A stretch of 64,000 nt of DNA from Acidobacteriota bacterium (GTDB taxonomy: Bacteria > Acidobacteriota > UBA890 > WLXD01): assembly GCA_963666215.2 (NCBI GenBank), contig CAXWPL010000001.1, forward strand, positions 416,001 through 480,000, given 5' to 3'. The stretch's first letter is position 1; each line of letters opens with the position of its first letter. Positions 20,294-31,095 of this stretch are shown piece by piece. Position numbers and translations under genes: made by a program. A model generated the notes under the pieces. The model ran no database searches and was not told the DNA's origin. It saw only the letters and a list, made by a program, of their open reading frames with translations.

Positions 20294-23036
20294 TCAGTCT
20301 CCGGGTGGCGCGAGACGCTTCAGCTCCTCGAACCAGTTGAGCACGACCACCAAGTGTGGACGATTGGCGGCCTGCGGGCCGCTAGCGTCTGCCCGCTTGA
20401 TCATCAGCAGGCGCCCGGTCCGTGGATCGACGTCGTAGTCCTGTTGCGTGCCGAGGCTGCTGTAGTACCCGGTGTCATCGAAGAGCCGACGACGATCGAC
20501 CACCCGCGCCTCGTCCGCAGTCAGTTCGAGACGGGCCACCCACATCGCAGAGTCCGCCCTGTAGTAGACGGCGTCGTCGGTCGGCGACCAGCGAGGTAAC
20601 GTGCCGCCCCCCGAGGTGATCTGCCAACGGCTAGCGGCGCCATCACTACGGCGAACGTAGAGCTGGAAAAGACCGGCTTCGTTGGCGGCGTATGCTATCC
20701 AGCGACCATCTGGCGAATACGAAGGCGCATACTCGACCTCGTCGCCATTCGCGATGACCTCGCTTTCGCGGGTTCGGGCGTCGAGTCGGTGGATGTCGAA
20801 GTCTGCTGGCGTACGCACCAGCGACGCGAAGAGAATCGAGCTGCCGGCCCAGTCGGTGGGGTAGAGGGCCTCCGAGCTCGAATGCAGCAATCGGCCGCTC
20901 GAGCCGCCATCCACGTCCACCAAGTAGAGGTCGCGATCCTGAGCCCCCTCTCTGCCGCTGGAGAAGACGATCTGCCGGCCGTCCGGACTCCATACCGGCA
21001 TGAATGAGGGATTCTCGTTTGTCAGGCGGCGTGTCTCGCCGGTGGCGACATCGAGCAGGTGGATGCCGACGCCGCCCGCTTCGGTCGAGTAGGCGACCTG
21101 CCGACCATCAGGAGAGACGGTGGGCGAGAAGAGCGGCCCTTCGATCTGTCCCAGCCGCTCCTCGTCGCCCGCCTCGTCAACCCAGACAAGTGTGCGGCGA
21201 TCGTCGGGCGCAACGCCTCCGGGCCGAGGTCCGTACACCAGCGTGCCCTCCAACGACACCGATACCTGTCCGAAAAGCCGCATCGGTGAGCACCGCGGCC
21301 GCCTCGCCGGTGATCGTGGCCGTTTCGAGGTCGAAAGGCACCGCCAACAGGACATCTCGGTCGTCGAAGTACAGAAGATGTCCAGAGGGAACGTAGAAAC
21401 CATTCCGGGCTGGGGTGATCAGCTCGCGGTGTTCGCCAGGGTCAACAAGGGACCGAGCAATGAGCAGATCGGCGCGTATCGTCGACGCGGTTGGCTGGCG
21501 CCGAGCCGTGTAGAGCAACCAGCGAGCTCCCGGAAGCGGCTGCGGACTCGCGTGCACCACTTCTTCCTCGGTTCCGGCAACCAATGTCAGCTCGCCTCCC
21601 GAGGCATCGACCCGGAATAGCTGGCCCCAGCTCGCTATATAGATCATGTTGTCGTCGCCCCAACGAACGGCTTCTGCCGAGCGTGGGGTCCGGAGGATGG
21701 AAACCGGAGCGCCGCCATCCACGGGCGCACGGTGGAGCGCGTCGTTTGCGTAGTACGCGACTTGACGACTGTCCGGGGAGAAGGCCGGCGACTCAGCCCC
21801 GCTGCTACCCTCGATCGGAAAGGCCTCGAGCTCGCCCAATGCTCGCAACCAGAGGAGTCCTCCCGCGGTGTAGGCGATCCGTCGACCGTCCGGCGAGATC
21901 GCCACAGATCGACCTCTGCTGGACGACGGATCGAAGCCGTCGGGCATCAAGATCTGCAGGCGGGTGACCTCAGGCTCCTCCTCTCCTGCGCCGCCGGCGT
22001 ACATTCCCGCAGCAGCAGCAGCCAGGCCTACCAACAACATCAGCGGCACCACCGCGGCCCACGACAGGCCTCGCGTCGTCGGGATCGCACCCTGGCTCGC
22101 AGCCGCCGGAGCATGCCCCGCCGCGAGGTCGTCACGTAGCTGTCGCAGATCGACCACGAGATCGGCCGTCGCCTGGTACCGCTTGGCCACAGGCTTGGCC
22201 AGGCATTTCTTCAGGATGCGCTCGAGATCGAGCGGTACATCGGCGCGCCAGTCGGTAAGCGAGCGCGGTTCCTGGCGGATGATGGCGTGCAGCGTGTCGA
22301 GTACCGTCTCGCCGGCAAACGCACGCTGTCCTGCAACCATCTCGTACAGCACGCAACCGAACGCGAAGACGTCGGCGCGGTGATCCACCTCGCCCGCTTC
22401 AATCTGCTCGGGGGCCATGTAGCCGGCCGTGCCCATGATCTGCCCGGCCATCGTACCCACGACGGTCGGAGACATCGACACGTCGGGCGCAGCGCCCCCG
22501 AATTCGACCAGCTTGGCCAGGCCGAAATCGAGGATCTTGGCGTGGCCTTCGCTCGTCACGAAGATGTTGTCGGGCTTCAGGTCGCGGTGCACGATGCCCG
22601 CCGCATGCGCGCTCGCCAGCGCCTCGCCGATCTCGATGGCCAGGGTGAGCGCCTCCTCGATGGGCATCGATCCACTCTCGAGCCGCTCTTTCAGGCTGCA
22701 ACCATCGAGAAGCTCCTGAACCATGTAGTGAACACGCGTGTCGGCGTCGCCGCCGCCCGCCTCCTCGGCGTTCGTGCGCTCGCGCTGTGGCCCAACCGCC
22801 GTGGCCTCTCCCACGTCATGAACAACCGCGATGTGCGGGTGGTTCAGGGCGGCCGCCGCGCGCGCCTCCTGCGCGAAGCGCGCGAGCCGCTCGGGATCGG
22901 CAGCGAACTCCGACGGCAGCACCTTGATGGCTACCTTGCGACCGAGGCGAGTGTCGGTTGCGTCATAGACGGCGCCCATGCCGCCCTCGCCTAGCTTCCT
23001 GCCGATCTCGTACGGGCCTAGATGCGTGCCTTCCAT
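20294..23036 (-). pseudogene. Ser/Thr kinase-TM-TolB/PD40 fusion, frameshifted near 21285
   Basis: GEGGMGAVY, VAIKVL, HRDLKPDN, DFGLAK, YMAPEQ; SPDG repeats continue in ORF 20294-21403. Confidence 0.85.
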
Positions 23037-23256
23037 GGCCGCAGAGGCTATCGGCCCCACTCGCCGAAAGCCATCTCGACGCTCCGGCCGGCCGGCACTT
23101 ACGTCCGACGCCCATTCGTTGCCCTGCCGCGCGTCTTCGCGGCAGGCGTCGACGGCGTCGCGGGAGTAGACGCGACCTCGATCAGAATTCGACCGCGCAT
23201 GGCCGTCTGACTAGGACATCGATGTGCTCTGAGGCTCCGGGCCTCAAGTACTATCT

Positions 23257-23274
23257 GTTATCTTTTCGGATAAC
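23257..23274 (+). promoter_or_regulatory. Palindromic operator upstream of the DUF4160-like pair
   Basis: GTTATC-N6-GATAAC ending 5 nt before the ATG at 23280. Confidence 0.55.
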
Positions 23275-23279
23275 GCCTG

Positions 23280-23474
23280 ATGTCGAGAGTGCGGCGCGGC
23301 GGATTCATCCTGTGGACGTCGGTGGCGGACCACGCACCCAAGCATGTGCATGTCTTCCGCGACGGCGCGCTGATCGTGAAGTGGGACCTGGAGCGGAATC
23401 GGGCCATGCAAGGCCGCGCAACGCGAAGGATCGTTCGACTCATCGACGAGCTGCGCGAGGAAGGGAAGCTATGA
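23280..23474 (+). CDS. DUF4160-like putative toxin
   Basis: 64 aa, DHAPKHVHV motif; ATGA-coupled to the next gene. Confidence 0.7.
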   Translation: MSRVRRGGFILWTSVADHAPKHVHVFRDGALIVKWDLERNRAMQGRATRRIVRLIDELREEGKL

Positions 23475-23950
23475 AGACCCACAGGGTACGCCGGGTGGAG
23501 TTCAACAACCGGAGCAAGCTGTTTCGACTCCGGATCGCCGGGCGCGGCCGCGATTACGTCGTGCCGTACGGCACTGCGAAGGTCGAGAGCCTTGTCGAGT
23601 CGGTTGAGATCGATGCCGAGACCGGCGGCGCCGGGTTTCTCTGGACCGCGCGCGACGGAGTCTCGGGCGCGATGCTGGCTGACGAGGTGCTGTGGATCTA
23701 CCGGGACCCTCAGGTCCGGCAAGACCACCTGCTGTACGAGCTGACCGTCGAGGCGCTGCGTCGCAAGGAGGAGCAGGGGATTAGCATCCGTGCCCTCGCC
23801 GAGGTTCTGGCGACGTCGCCGGCACGTGTTCAGATGCTCCTTCGACCAACGATCTACAAGAACAAATCGATCAAAGCGATGGCAGCGCTGCTTTCGGCTC
23901 TCGGCGCGGACATCGACGTGCAGGTCATCGATCGAGACGCGATCGCGTAG
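23471..23950 (+). CDS. Putative antitoxin with C-terminal XRE-like HTH
   Basis: Beta-rich N-terminus, then GISIRALAEVLATSPARVQMLL...MAALLSALGADID. Confidence 0.7.
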   Translation: MKTHRVRRVEFNNRSKLFRLRIAGRGRDYVVPYGTAKVESLVESVEIDAETGGAGFLWTARDGVSGAMLADEVLWIYRDPQVRQDHLLYELTVEALRRKEEQGISIRALAEVLATSPARVQMLLRPTIYKNKSIKAMAALLSALGADIDVQVIDRDAIA

Positions 23951-24032
23951 CCCGTTGGGTGCCTCGGGGGCTCGGCCTACTCGCGTTCCCCAGGGCCCAG
24001 ACTGCTACCCATGGTCGGTCGTTCGGTCGCGT

Positions 24033-24527
24033 TCAGTTGTCGGCGGTCGAGGGCGCACACTCATCCCGTAGTACTTCTAGCTCGGCGATGGCTTCAAGGT
24101 CCTTGGGTCGCCCGGCAGCACGCTTGACGTCGATCAGCGTTGGCAGATCCAGGCAACGGCAACGCATGCCGAACACCTCGATCTCGACAGTGCGTGGCAG
24201 CAAGTCTTGGTACGTGCCGCCGCCTGTGATCTCGCCGAGCAGATCGATATCGCCAAGATCCGTTGTCAAGGTGAAGTTGAGGCCGCGCTCGAGCGTCTCG
24301 CGGCTCCAGTCGAACGGGAGGCCTGGCGGAGCACCTCGCAAGTACGGCGACAGATCGCCGAGCCCCTCGACCAGCCTATCCATGGCATCGCGCTCGCGGA
24401 GATACACAACATCGAGGTCCTGCGTCAGACGGGTCCCGCCGTGGGCCACAGCCGCCACACCGCCGACGAGAATGAAGTCCGCGTCGGCGGCCTCGAGGGC
24501 TCGTAGCAAACCCTCGAAATCAGTCAT
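24033..24527 (-). CDS. Nucleotidyltransferase-fold protein (DUF6036-like)
   Basis: ILVGGVAAVAHG..RLTQDLDV, DIDLL, KRAAGRPKD. Confidence 0.8.
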   Translation of the reverse strand: MTDFEGLLRALEAADADFILVGGVAAVAHGGTRLTQDLDVVYLRERDAMDRLVEGLGDLSPYLRGAPPGLPFDWSRETLERGLNFTLTTDLGDIDLLGEITGGGTYQDLLPRTVEIEVFGMRCRCLDLPTLIDVKRAAGRPKDLEAIAELEVLRDECAPSTADN

Positions 24528-24724
24528 TCTTGCTCCGACAACCGAGCGCCGCCGCGACGGAGCTCGTCGGCGAAGCGCTGCAGCGCCACGAGGTTGCGCA
24601 GACGCTCGTCTGGCGTCCGCCGCAAATTGGCGCGCAGCAACGTCCGATCGACGCCAGGCTTATAGGCCTCGACCACCGGGTCCAGCGGCGGAGCGGGCGA
24701 TGGGCGTTCTCGAGACTGACTCAT
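24524..24724 (-). CDS. Small helical partner of the nucleotidyltransferase
   Basis: 66 aa, GVDRTLLRANLRRTPDERLR; stop overlaps the NTase start. Confidence 0.7.
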   Translation of the reverse strand: MSQSRERPSPAPPLDPVVEAYKPGVDRTLLRANLRRTPDERLRNLVALQRFADELRRGGARLSEQE

Positions 24725-24889
24725 CGGTCGATTGTACTTGCGTGCACCTACCCTCGGGGAACATCCGGGCAGAACGAGGCGCCGACGGCTCCTTCAGGCG
24801 ACTCCCCTACCCGGGTCCACTAGGAACGGCAGTTCCCGCAATCGTTGCGCCGGGAACCCGGCGTGGATAGCCTTGGCGACCATGCTTTG

Positions 24890-25160
24890 AACCCGGCTGG
24901 GCCCCTACGAGATCCTCGAGCAGCTCGGCGCGGGCGGCATGAGCGAGGTGTGGCTTGCCGAAGAGACCCGCTCGGGCCGCAAGGTGGCGATCAAGGTGCT
25001 GCCAGCCGAATTTGCCTCCGACGCCGAGCGCCTCGCCCGGTTTGATCAAGAAGCCCGGGCCGCGGCGGCGCTCAACCACCCACACATCGCCGCCGTGTTC
25101 GACGTGGGCGTCGAAGGCACCACCCACTACATGGTGCAGGAGTACCTCCAGGGCGAGACC
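24890..25160 (+). pseudogene. N-terminal Ser/Thr kinase fragment
   Basis: [44 protein letters not shown], then truncated. Confidence 0.85.
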
Positions 25161-25276
25161 TTGATGGCGACCTTGCGGTCCAGACGCGTGTCCCGGGCGA
25201 GGTAAACCTCACCCATCCCGCCAGCGCCGAGCTTGCTCTGGATCTCGTAGGGGCCGAGTCGAGTTCCCGATTCCAT
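25158..25276 (-). pseudogene. Second, opposite-strand N-terminal Ser/Thr kinase fragment
   Basis: Manual translation [39 protein letters not shown]. Confidence 0.85.
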
Positions 25277-25502
25277 GGGCCGGAAGCCTATGTGCTCAGG
25301 CCTCCCATCACCAATTGCGGCGCCTAGCCCGAGAGCAACTTCCTATACCCCGACTCGCACGGCTCAACCTGTCGGAGATTCAATTCGTCACACCGAAGGC
25401 GGTGCCAGCGGTCGGCTGTTGATCACACCACAGTTGCGACGGATCTCCATTCGAAGGATTCTGTTGCTCGTTGCGATCCCATGTCATTGAAGGAGACGCC
25501 CC

Positions 25503-27155
25503 ATGATCCATCGAATCGACTCGACTTCCGCCGCTGGACGCCTGCTGTTGCTGATTCTCGTGCTGGCCACAACGATGGGGGCTGGCTTACTCGCCGCGGG
25601 CCCGTCCGAGGCGCAGAACCACGCGCCCAACCCGTACACGACGGTCGAAGGTGGGTGGGGCAAGCTGCCGGCCGGCCGCGCTTGGGGCGCCACGAGTGCC
25701 ATCTATCCGGCGCGCGACGGCAGCGGCAACATCTGGGTTGCTGAGCGTTGTGGCGAGAACACCTGCGACGGCAAAGACGACGTCGACCCGATTCTGTTGT
25801 TCGACCCCGAGGGCAATCTCGTCAGGAGCTTCGGGGCGGGCCTGATTCTCTGGCCGCACGGTATGTACGTCGACGCCGACAACAACGTCTGGGTTGCCGA
25901 CGCGCTCGGCTTTGGCGAGCAGCCGGCCGGCCGCGGCCACGAGGTCTTGAAGTTCAGCCCCGACGGAGAGCTGTTGATGTCGCTCGGCACGAAAGGTGTG
26001 TCCGGCAACGGCCACGACGCCTTCGCCAAGCCATGCGACGTCCTCGTGGCGCCCGACGGCAGTATCTTCGTCGCCGATGGGCACTACCCGGACGGCAACG
26101 ATCGCATCGTGAAGTTTGCCGCAGACGGTAGCTACCTGATGGAGTGGGGCGAGACGGGCTCCGAGAACGGTCAGTTCCGCGAGCCCCACGGGCTGGCTAT
26201 GGATGCGCAAGGCCGGCTCTTCGTCGCCGATCGCTACAACAACCGTGTCCAGATCTTCGACCAGCAGGGCGAGCACCTCGCCAGCTGGAGCCAGTTCGGG
26301 CGTCCGAGCGGCCTGTACATCGACGAACACGACGTGCTGTACTCCGCCGACTCGGAATCGCGCGCTAGCCGCAACCCAGGCTGGAAGCGTGGTATTCGCA
26401 TCGGCCGCGTGGGCGACGGTTTCGTGACCGCTTTCATCCCCGATACCGAGCCCGACCAGGACGACTCCGGCACCAGCGCCGCCGAAGGAGTCGCGGCCGA
26501 CGCGATGGGCAATGTCTATGGCGCCGAGGTCGGCCCCCGCATGCTCCGCAAGTATGTCCGTCAGGCCGAAGAGATGACCTTCTTCATGACCAGCAACGGC
26601 CCGGGCGACGGCGCCAACCTCGGCGGGCTCGCCGGCGCCGACGCCCATTGCCAGGCGCTCGCCACCGCCGTTGGCGCCGGCCACCACACCTGGCGCGCCT
26701 ACCTGTCGACGACCGCCAGAGCCGGGCAACCGGCCGTGAACGCCCGCGATCGCATCGGCTCCGGCCCATGGCGCAACGCCAACGGCGTGACCATCGCCAG
26801 CGATGTCACCGAGCTGCACGGCGAAAACAACCTCACCAAGGCCACGCAGGTCAGCGAGCGTGGCGACGTCATCAACGGCCGCGGCGACAGTCCGAACCGT
26901 CACGACATCCTGACCGGCTCGCAGCTCGACGGCGCCGCGTTTGCCGACGGCGAAGACCACACCTGCTCGAACTGGACGAGCAACGGAGCCGGATCGGCCC
27001 AGGTCGGCCATCACGACCGCAACGGCGGCGGTGACAATCCAACGTCGTGGAACGCCGCCCACGCCTCGCGCGGCTGCGGCCAAGCCGACCTGCGCGGCAC
27101 CGGTGGCGACGGCCTCTTCTACTGCTTCGCCCTATCCTCGGGCTCAGACGACTAG
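25503..27155 (+). CDS. Secreted NHL-repeat protein fused to an endostatin/NC10-like (lectin-like) domain
   Basis: NHL repeats (FVADRYNNRVQIF) ending KYVR, then FFMTS..NLGGLAGADAHCQ..WRAYLS..ARDRIGSGPW..LFYCFA. Confidence 0.8.
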   Translation: MIHRIDSTSAAGRLLLLILVLATTMGAGLLAAGPSEAQNHAPNPYTTVEGGWGKLPAGRAWGATSAIYPARDGSGNIWVAERCGENTCDGKDDVDPILLFDPEGNLVRSFGAGLILWPHGMYVDADNNVWVADALGFGEQPAGRGHEVLKFSPDGELLMSLGTKGVSGNGHDAFAKPCDVLVAPDGSIFVADGHYPDGNDRIVKFAADGSYLMEWGETGSENGQFREPHGLAMDAQGRLFVADRYNNRVQIFDQQGEHLASWSQFGRPSGLYIDEHDVLYSADSESRASRNPGWKRGIRIGRVGDGFVTAFIPDTEPDQDDSGTSAAEGVAADAMGNVYGAEVGPRMLRKYVRQAEEMTFFMTSNGPGDGANLGGLAGADAHCQALATAVGAGHHTWRAYLSTTARAGQPAVNARDRIGSGPWRNANGVTIASDVTELHGENNLTKATQVSERGDVINGRGDSPNRHDILTGSQLDGAAFADGEDHTCSNWTSNGAGSAQVGHHDRNGGGDNPTSWNAAHASRGCGQADLRGTGGDGLFYCFALSSGSDD

Positions 27156-27255
27156 CTGTGTTTTCTCGGTAGCTAAGCGTCAGTCGCCCCAGAAGGGTGC
27201 CCGCTGCCCCTCGCCCCGCTGCCCCGCCGGCATCCGCATGACACCAGCGTGCAGA

Positions 27256-28428
27256 TCAGGCGGTGGCCAGGGCCCCGATTGCGGCGGCAACGCCAGCGCC
27301 AGGTGGCGGCGCCTGGCCCTGGTCCAATAGGGCTGCCTCCAGGGCCGCGAGCACGAGCAGCACGTTGTTCTCGGTGCTCGACGCGCCCATCAGGCCGATG
27401 CGCCAGATCTTGCCGGCCAGCGGGCCGAGCCCACCACCGATCTCGATGCCGAAGCGCATCAGCAGATGCTTGCGCACGGCGGCCTCGTCGACGCCCTCGG
27501 GCACGGTTACGGCGTTCAGCGACCACAGCCGATGTTCGGGGTCGGCAACCTGCATGCGCATGCCCATCGCCTCTGCCCCGGCCACCAGAGCCCGGTGGTT
27601 TCGCCGATGGCGGTCGGCTCGCGCCTCGAGCCCCTCCTCGAGGACCACACGCAGCGCCTCGTGCAGCGCGAAGGCCATCGAGACCGGCGCGGTGTGGTGG
27701 TAGGCGCGAGCCTGGCCCCAGTAGCCCTCCAGGAGCCCGACATCGAGATACCAGCTACGGACGGACGTCTTGCGGGCGTGGATCCGCTCGAGAGCTCGCT
27801 CGTTGAAGCTCACTGGGGCTAGTCCGGGCGGACACGACAGGCACTTCTGCGTGCCGCTGTAGCAAACGTCGACGCCCCACTCATCGAGCTTGACCGGATG
27901 GCCACCCACCGAAGTGACCGCGTCGAGGACAACCAGCACGCCGGCAGCGTGAGCCGCCTCGATGATCGCGTCGAGCGGCTGTAGTACGCCGGTGGAGGTC
28001 TCGGCGTGGACTACTGCAACGACTTTCGTGTCGCCTTCGGCGATCGCCGCGACAACAGCGTCGGCGTCTACCGGCTCGCCCCAGGTGCCTTCAACGGTCA
28101 CGACCTCCGCCCCGTTGCGTCGCGCTTGTTCGGCAAGCCGCACGCCGAACACACCTCCGACAACCACGACTACACGATCACCAGGCTCGACGAGATTGAC
28201 GATGCTCGCCTCCATACCGGCGCTGCCGGTACCCGAGATGGCAAACGTCATGCGGTTCTCGGTGCCGAGAACCTCACGCAGCATCGACTGCGTCTCGTCC
28301 ATAATCTGCAGGAACTCGGGATCGAGGTGGCCGAGCAGCGGCTTCGACATGGCACGCAGCACACGGGCACCAACGTGACTCGGCCCGGGGCCGAGAAGAA
28401 CGCGCTCGGGAATCTTGGATTCGGTCAT
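27256..28428 (-). CDS. Alanine/serine-glyoxylate aminotransferase (class V PLP)
   Basis: [39 protein letters not shown]. Confidence 0.92.
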   Translation of the reverse strand: MTESKIPERVLLGPGPSHVGARVLRAMSKPLLGHLDPEFLQIMDETQSMLREVLGTENRMTFAISGTGSAGMEASIVNLVEPGDRVVVVVGGVFGVRLAEQARRNGAEVVTVEGTWGEPVDADAVVAAIAEGDTKVVAVVHAETSTGVLQPLDAIIEAAHAAGVLVVLDAVTSVGGHPVKLDEWGVDVCYSGTQKCLSCPPGLAPVSFNERALERIHARKTSVRSWYLDVGLLEGYWGQARAYHHTAPVSMAFALHEALRVVLEEGLEARADRHRRNHRALVAGAEAMGMRMQVADPEHRLWSLNAVTVPEGVDEAAVRKHLLMRFGIEIGGGLGPLAGKIWRIGLMGASSTENNVLLVLAALEAALLDQGQAPPPGAGVAAAIGALATA

Positions 28429-28597
28429 GACTTCCTCGGGACTCCCCGGCGGCGGTACGGGTTCGGCGATCGGATGGCTGGGAAAGTGGGAAAGTGTACC
28501 GGCCCCTCGTTCCGCTTGCGTCTCGCTCGCGATTGGCCCACGATCGTGCGGCGCGGTGCCAGCCGCCTGTTGCCCTCAACGCACGGAGGTAGGCGAC

Positions 28598-30118
28598 TTG
28601 TCGGAATCGTCAGACTCGTCAGACTTGTCAGGCTTGTCACAGGGGCCCCGTCGGCCGGACCTGCTCGAAACCATTGAGCCACCGCGCATGCACCTGCGCA
28701 CCATGCTCGCCTACTTCGGGCCCGGCATCATCTTGATGATGACCGGCATCGGCACCAGCCACATGGTGACCGCGCCAACCGCCGGTGGGCGCTTCGGGTT
28801 CGCGCTCCTGTGGTGCATCCCGGTGGCCTACATCTTCAAGTACTACGGCTTCGAGATGGCGTTCCGGTTCACCAACGCCACCGGCAAGAGCATCGTGGAA
28901 GCGTACGGCACGGCGTGGAAGAAATGGCCGTTGTGGTACGTTCTCGTGACGACGCTCGTTCAGTGCGCCATCGGCCAGGCGGGCAGGCTGATTGCGGCGT
29001 CGGCGGTGCTCTTTTACGTCTTCTCGGTCGGTTTCGGGCTGCCGTTGCCACTCGGCTTCTACGGCGTGGTGCTCGGGGTGATCTCGGTGGCGATCCTGCT
29101 TGGCGGCAGCTACAAGGCCGTCGAGCAGGGAGCCAAGGTCGCGGCGGTTGCGATGTTCGTCTCGACTGTGGCGGTGTACGCCGTGCGCCCGGCGCCGCTG
29201 GCCGCGCTGGAGCACTTCTGGATTGTCGAAACGCCGCCCGGATCGTGGCTGCTGATCGCCGCCTTCCTGGGGCTGCTGCCAACCGGCATGGACGTCTCGC
29301 TGCAGGCCTCCGAGTGGGGCAAGGCCCAACGCAAGGGCATGAGCCGCATTCGACGCCAGCTCGAAGAGCACGGCCTTGCGGAACGCTTCGACCCCTTCTC
29401 GTCGGGTAAGGAAGTTCTCGCCGTCGACACCTCCAAGCTGCCCGCTCCAGCGATCGAATACTGCCGCCGCTGGTTCAAGATCGGCCTCTGGGACTTCCGC
29501 TTGGGGCACGCGATCTCGTTCCTGATGGCCTGCATCTTCTTGCTTCTTGCGGCGGTTTGGCTCTATCCCAACCCGGTATCGGGCACCGCGGTGATGGGCG
29601 AGATCGCCGGTATCTTCACCAACAGCGTCGGTCCGTGGATGATGACGATATTCATGATCGGCGCCTTTGCCGCCACATTCTCGACGGCGTTCAACTACTT
29701 CGACGGCTGGCCGCGCATCGTCGGGGCTTGCTGCCGCAACCTGTTCCCCGGCACGGCACGGCTGCGCAGCACCGTCCGCAGAGGGATCACCGAGGAACAT
29801 CGAAAGGCCTGGTATTCGGAGTACAACATCTACCGCGCGACGATGCTCTACTCGCTGGTCGCCTCGGTATCGATCATGATCGGCGTGCCGCGCCCGGTGC
29901 TGCTGGTGCTGGTGGCCTCGGCGCTGGCGTTCTTCATTGCGCCGGTGATTTTCTTCTTGAACGTCTACTACTGCCTGACGGTGATCCCGAAGGACGACGC
30001 GCACTTCTACCCATCAAGATTCGCCATCGCGTTCAGCGTCATCTCGCTCGTGGTGTTCACCGGCCTGAGCTTGATCCTGATCTCGGCGCGGGTGTTCGGA
30101 CTCCAACTGTTCGGCTAG
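28598..30118 (+). CDS. Nramp-like (APC superfamily) transporter
   Basis: GPGIILMMTGIGTSH..AGGRFG; many TM helices; TTG start with GGAGGT inferred. Confidence 0.75.
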   Translation: MSESSDSSDLSGLSQGPRRPDLLETIEPPRMHLRTMLAYFGPGIILMMTGIGTSHMVTAPTAGGRFGFALLWCIPVAYIFKYYGFEMAFRFTNATGKSIVEAYGTAWKKWPLWYVLVTTLVQCAIGQAGRLIAASAVLFYVFSVGFGLPLPLGFYGVVLGVISVAILLGGSYKAVEQGAKVAAVAMFVSTVAVYAVRPAPLAALEHFWIVETPPGSWLLIAAFLGLLPTGMDVSLQASEWGKAQRKGMSRIRRQLEEHGLAERFDPFSSGKEVLAVDTSKLPAPAIEYCRRWFKIGLWDFRLGHAISFLMACIFLLLAAVWLYPNPVSGTAVMGEIAGIFTNSVGPWMMTIFMIGAFAATFSTAFNYFDGWPRIVGACCRNLFPGTARLRSTVRRGITEEHRKAWYSEYNIYRATMLYSLVASVSIMIGVPRPVLLVLVASALAFFIAPVIFFLNVYYCLTVIPKDDAHFYPSRFAIAFSVISLVVFTGLSLILISARVFGLQLFG

Positions 30119-31095
30119 TTGGAGGGATAGGCGCCCGCAACCCGAGCCCGCTGGCGGATCAAGGCGAGCACGGTGTCGATGGTCGGAGTCGAAACCTCCA
30201 CCAGCCGGCCCATCTCCTGCACCGCCGTGACCAGCGCGTCGATCTCCATCGGGCGACCAAGCTCGAGGTCCTGGAGCATCGAGGTGCGATGCTTGCCGAC
30301 GGCGGCGCCACCGTCGAGCCGACGATCAACATCAACGGCAAAGCGCGCACCGAGGCGCTCGCCAATGGCTTGCGCCTCCACCATCATGGCGCGCGCCACC
30401 GCCCGGGTGCCGACCTCGCTGGCAACCACGTCGAGCGTCTCGAGAGTCAGGGCGCTGATCGGGTTGAACGCCAGGTTGCCCCACAGCTTGACCCAGATCT
30501 CGTTGCGGATGCTGCGGGTGGGTGCCCGAAAGCCGGCACTCTTGAGTGCCTGACTCAGGCGTCCGAGGCGCTCCGTTTTTTCGCCAGTCGGCTCGCCCAG
30601 ACTGAACCGATTGCCTTCGACGTGGCGCACCACGCCGGGCTCTTCGACCTCGGCAGCCGGGTACACCACGCACCCCATCGCGCGCTGCGGCCCGATTGAG
30701 CTCCACAACACTCCGCCGGGGTCCACGCTTTCCAGTCGGCGATCGCGCCACGGACCGTCGAGCCCGTAGAAGTACCACCAGGGAACGCCGTTGGAGGCCG
30801 TGACGACAGCCGTGTCGTCGTCGAGCAGCGCCTGCAGCGGCTCGACGATCGCCGGCACCGAGTGCGCCTTGAGCGTCACGATGACGAAGTCTTGCGGCCC
30901 GACCTCTGTTGGGTCGTCGGTGCAAAGCGGATGCGCCACGCGCTCTTCGCCGTCGATCAAGAGCCGCAAACCGTCGCGGCGCATCGCCGCGAGATGAGGT
31001 CCGCGCGCAATCAGCGAGACGTCTTCACCGGCGAGCGCCAGCTGCACGCCCAGATACCCGCCTATGGCGCCGGCGCCATAGATACAGATGCGCAC
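30115..31095 (-). CDS. panE: Ketopantoate reductase family (PanE2/oxalyl-CoA reductase-like)
   Basis: GAGAIGG, NGVPWWYFY, IWVKLWGN, SMLQDLE.GRPMEID. Confidence 0.88.
   Translation of the reverse strand: MRICIYGAGAIGGYLGVQLALAGEDVSLIARGPHLAAMRRDGLRLLIDGEERVAHPLCTDDPTEVGPQDFVIVTLKAHSVPAIVEPLQALLDDDTAVVTASNGVPWWYFYGLDGPWRDRRLESVDPGGVLWSSIGPQRAMGCVVYPAAEVEEPGVVRHVEGNRFSLGEPTGEKTERLGRLSQALKSAGFRAPTRSIRNEIWVKLWGNLAFNPISALTLETLDVVASEVGTRAVARAMMVEAQAIGERLGARFAVDVDRRLDGGAAVGKHRTSMLQDLELGRPMEIDALVTAVQEMGRLVEVSTPTIDTVLALIRQRARVAGAYPSN

Noticed and set aside
25587-27083. Long antisense ORFs (also 8872-10398, 28637-30004, 38464-40737)
   Set aside because: Shadow frames of real genes, expected from high-GC codon bias; no motifs
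28609-28640. 9-bp tandem repeats (gtcagactc/gtcagactt/gtcaggctt)
   Set aside because: Degenerate in-frame low-complexity N-terminus of the transporter
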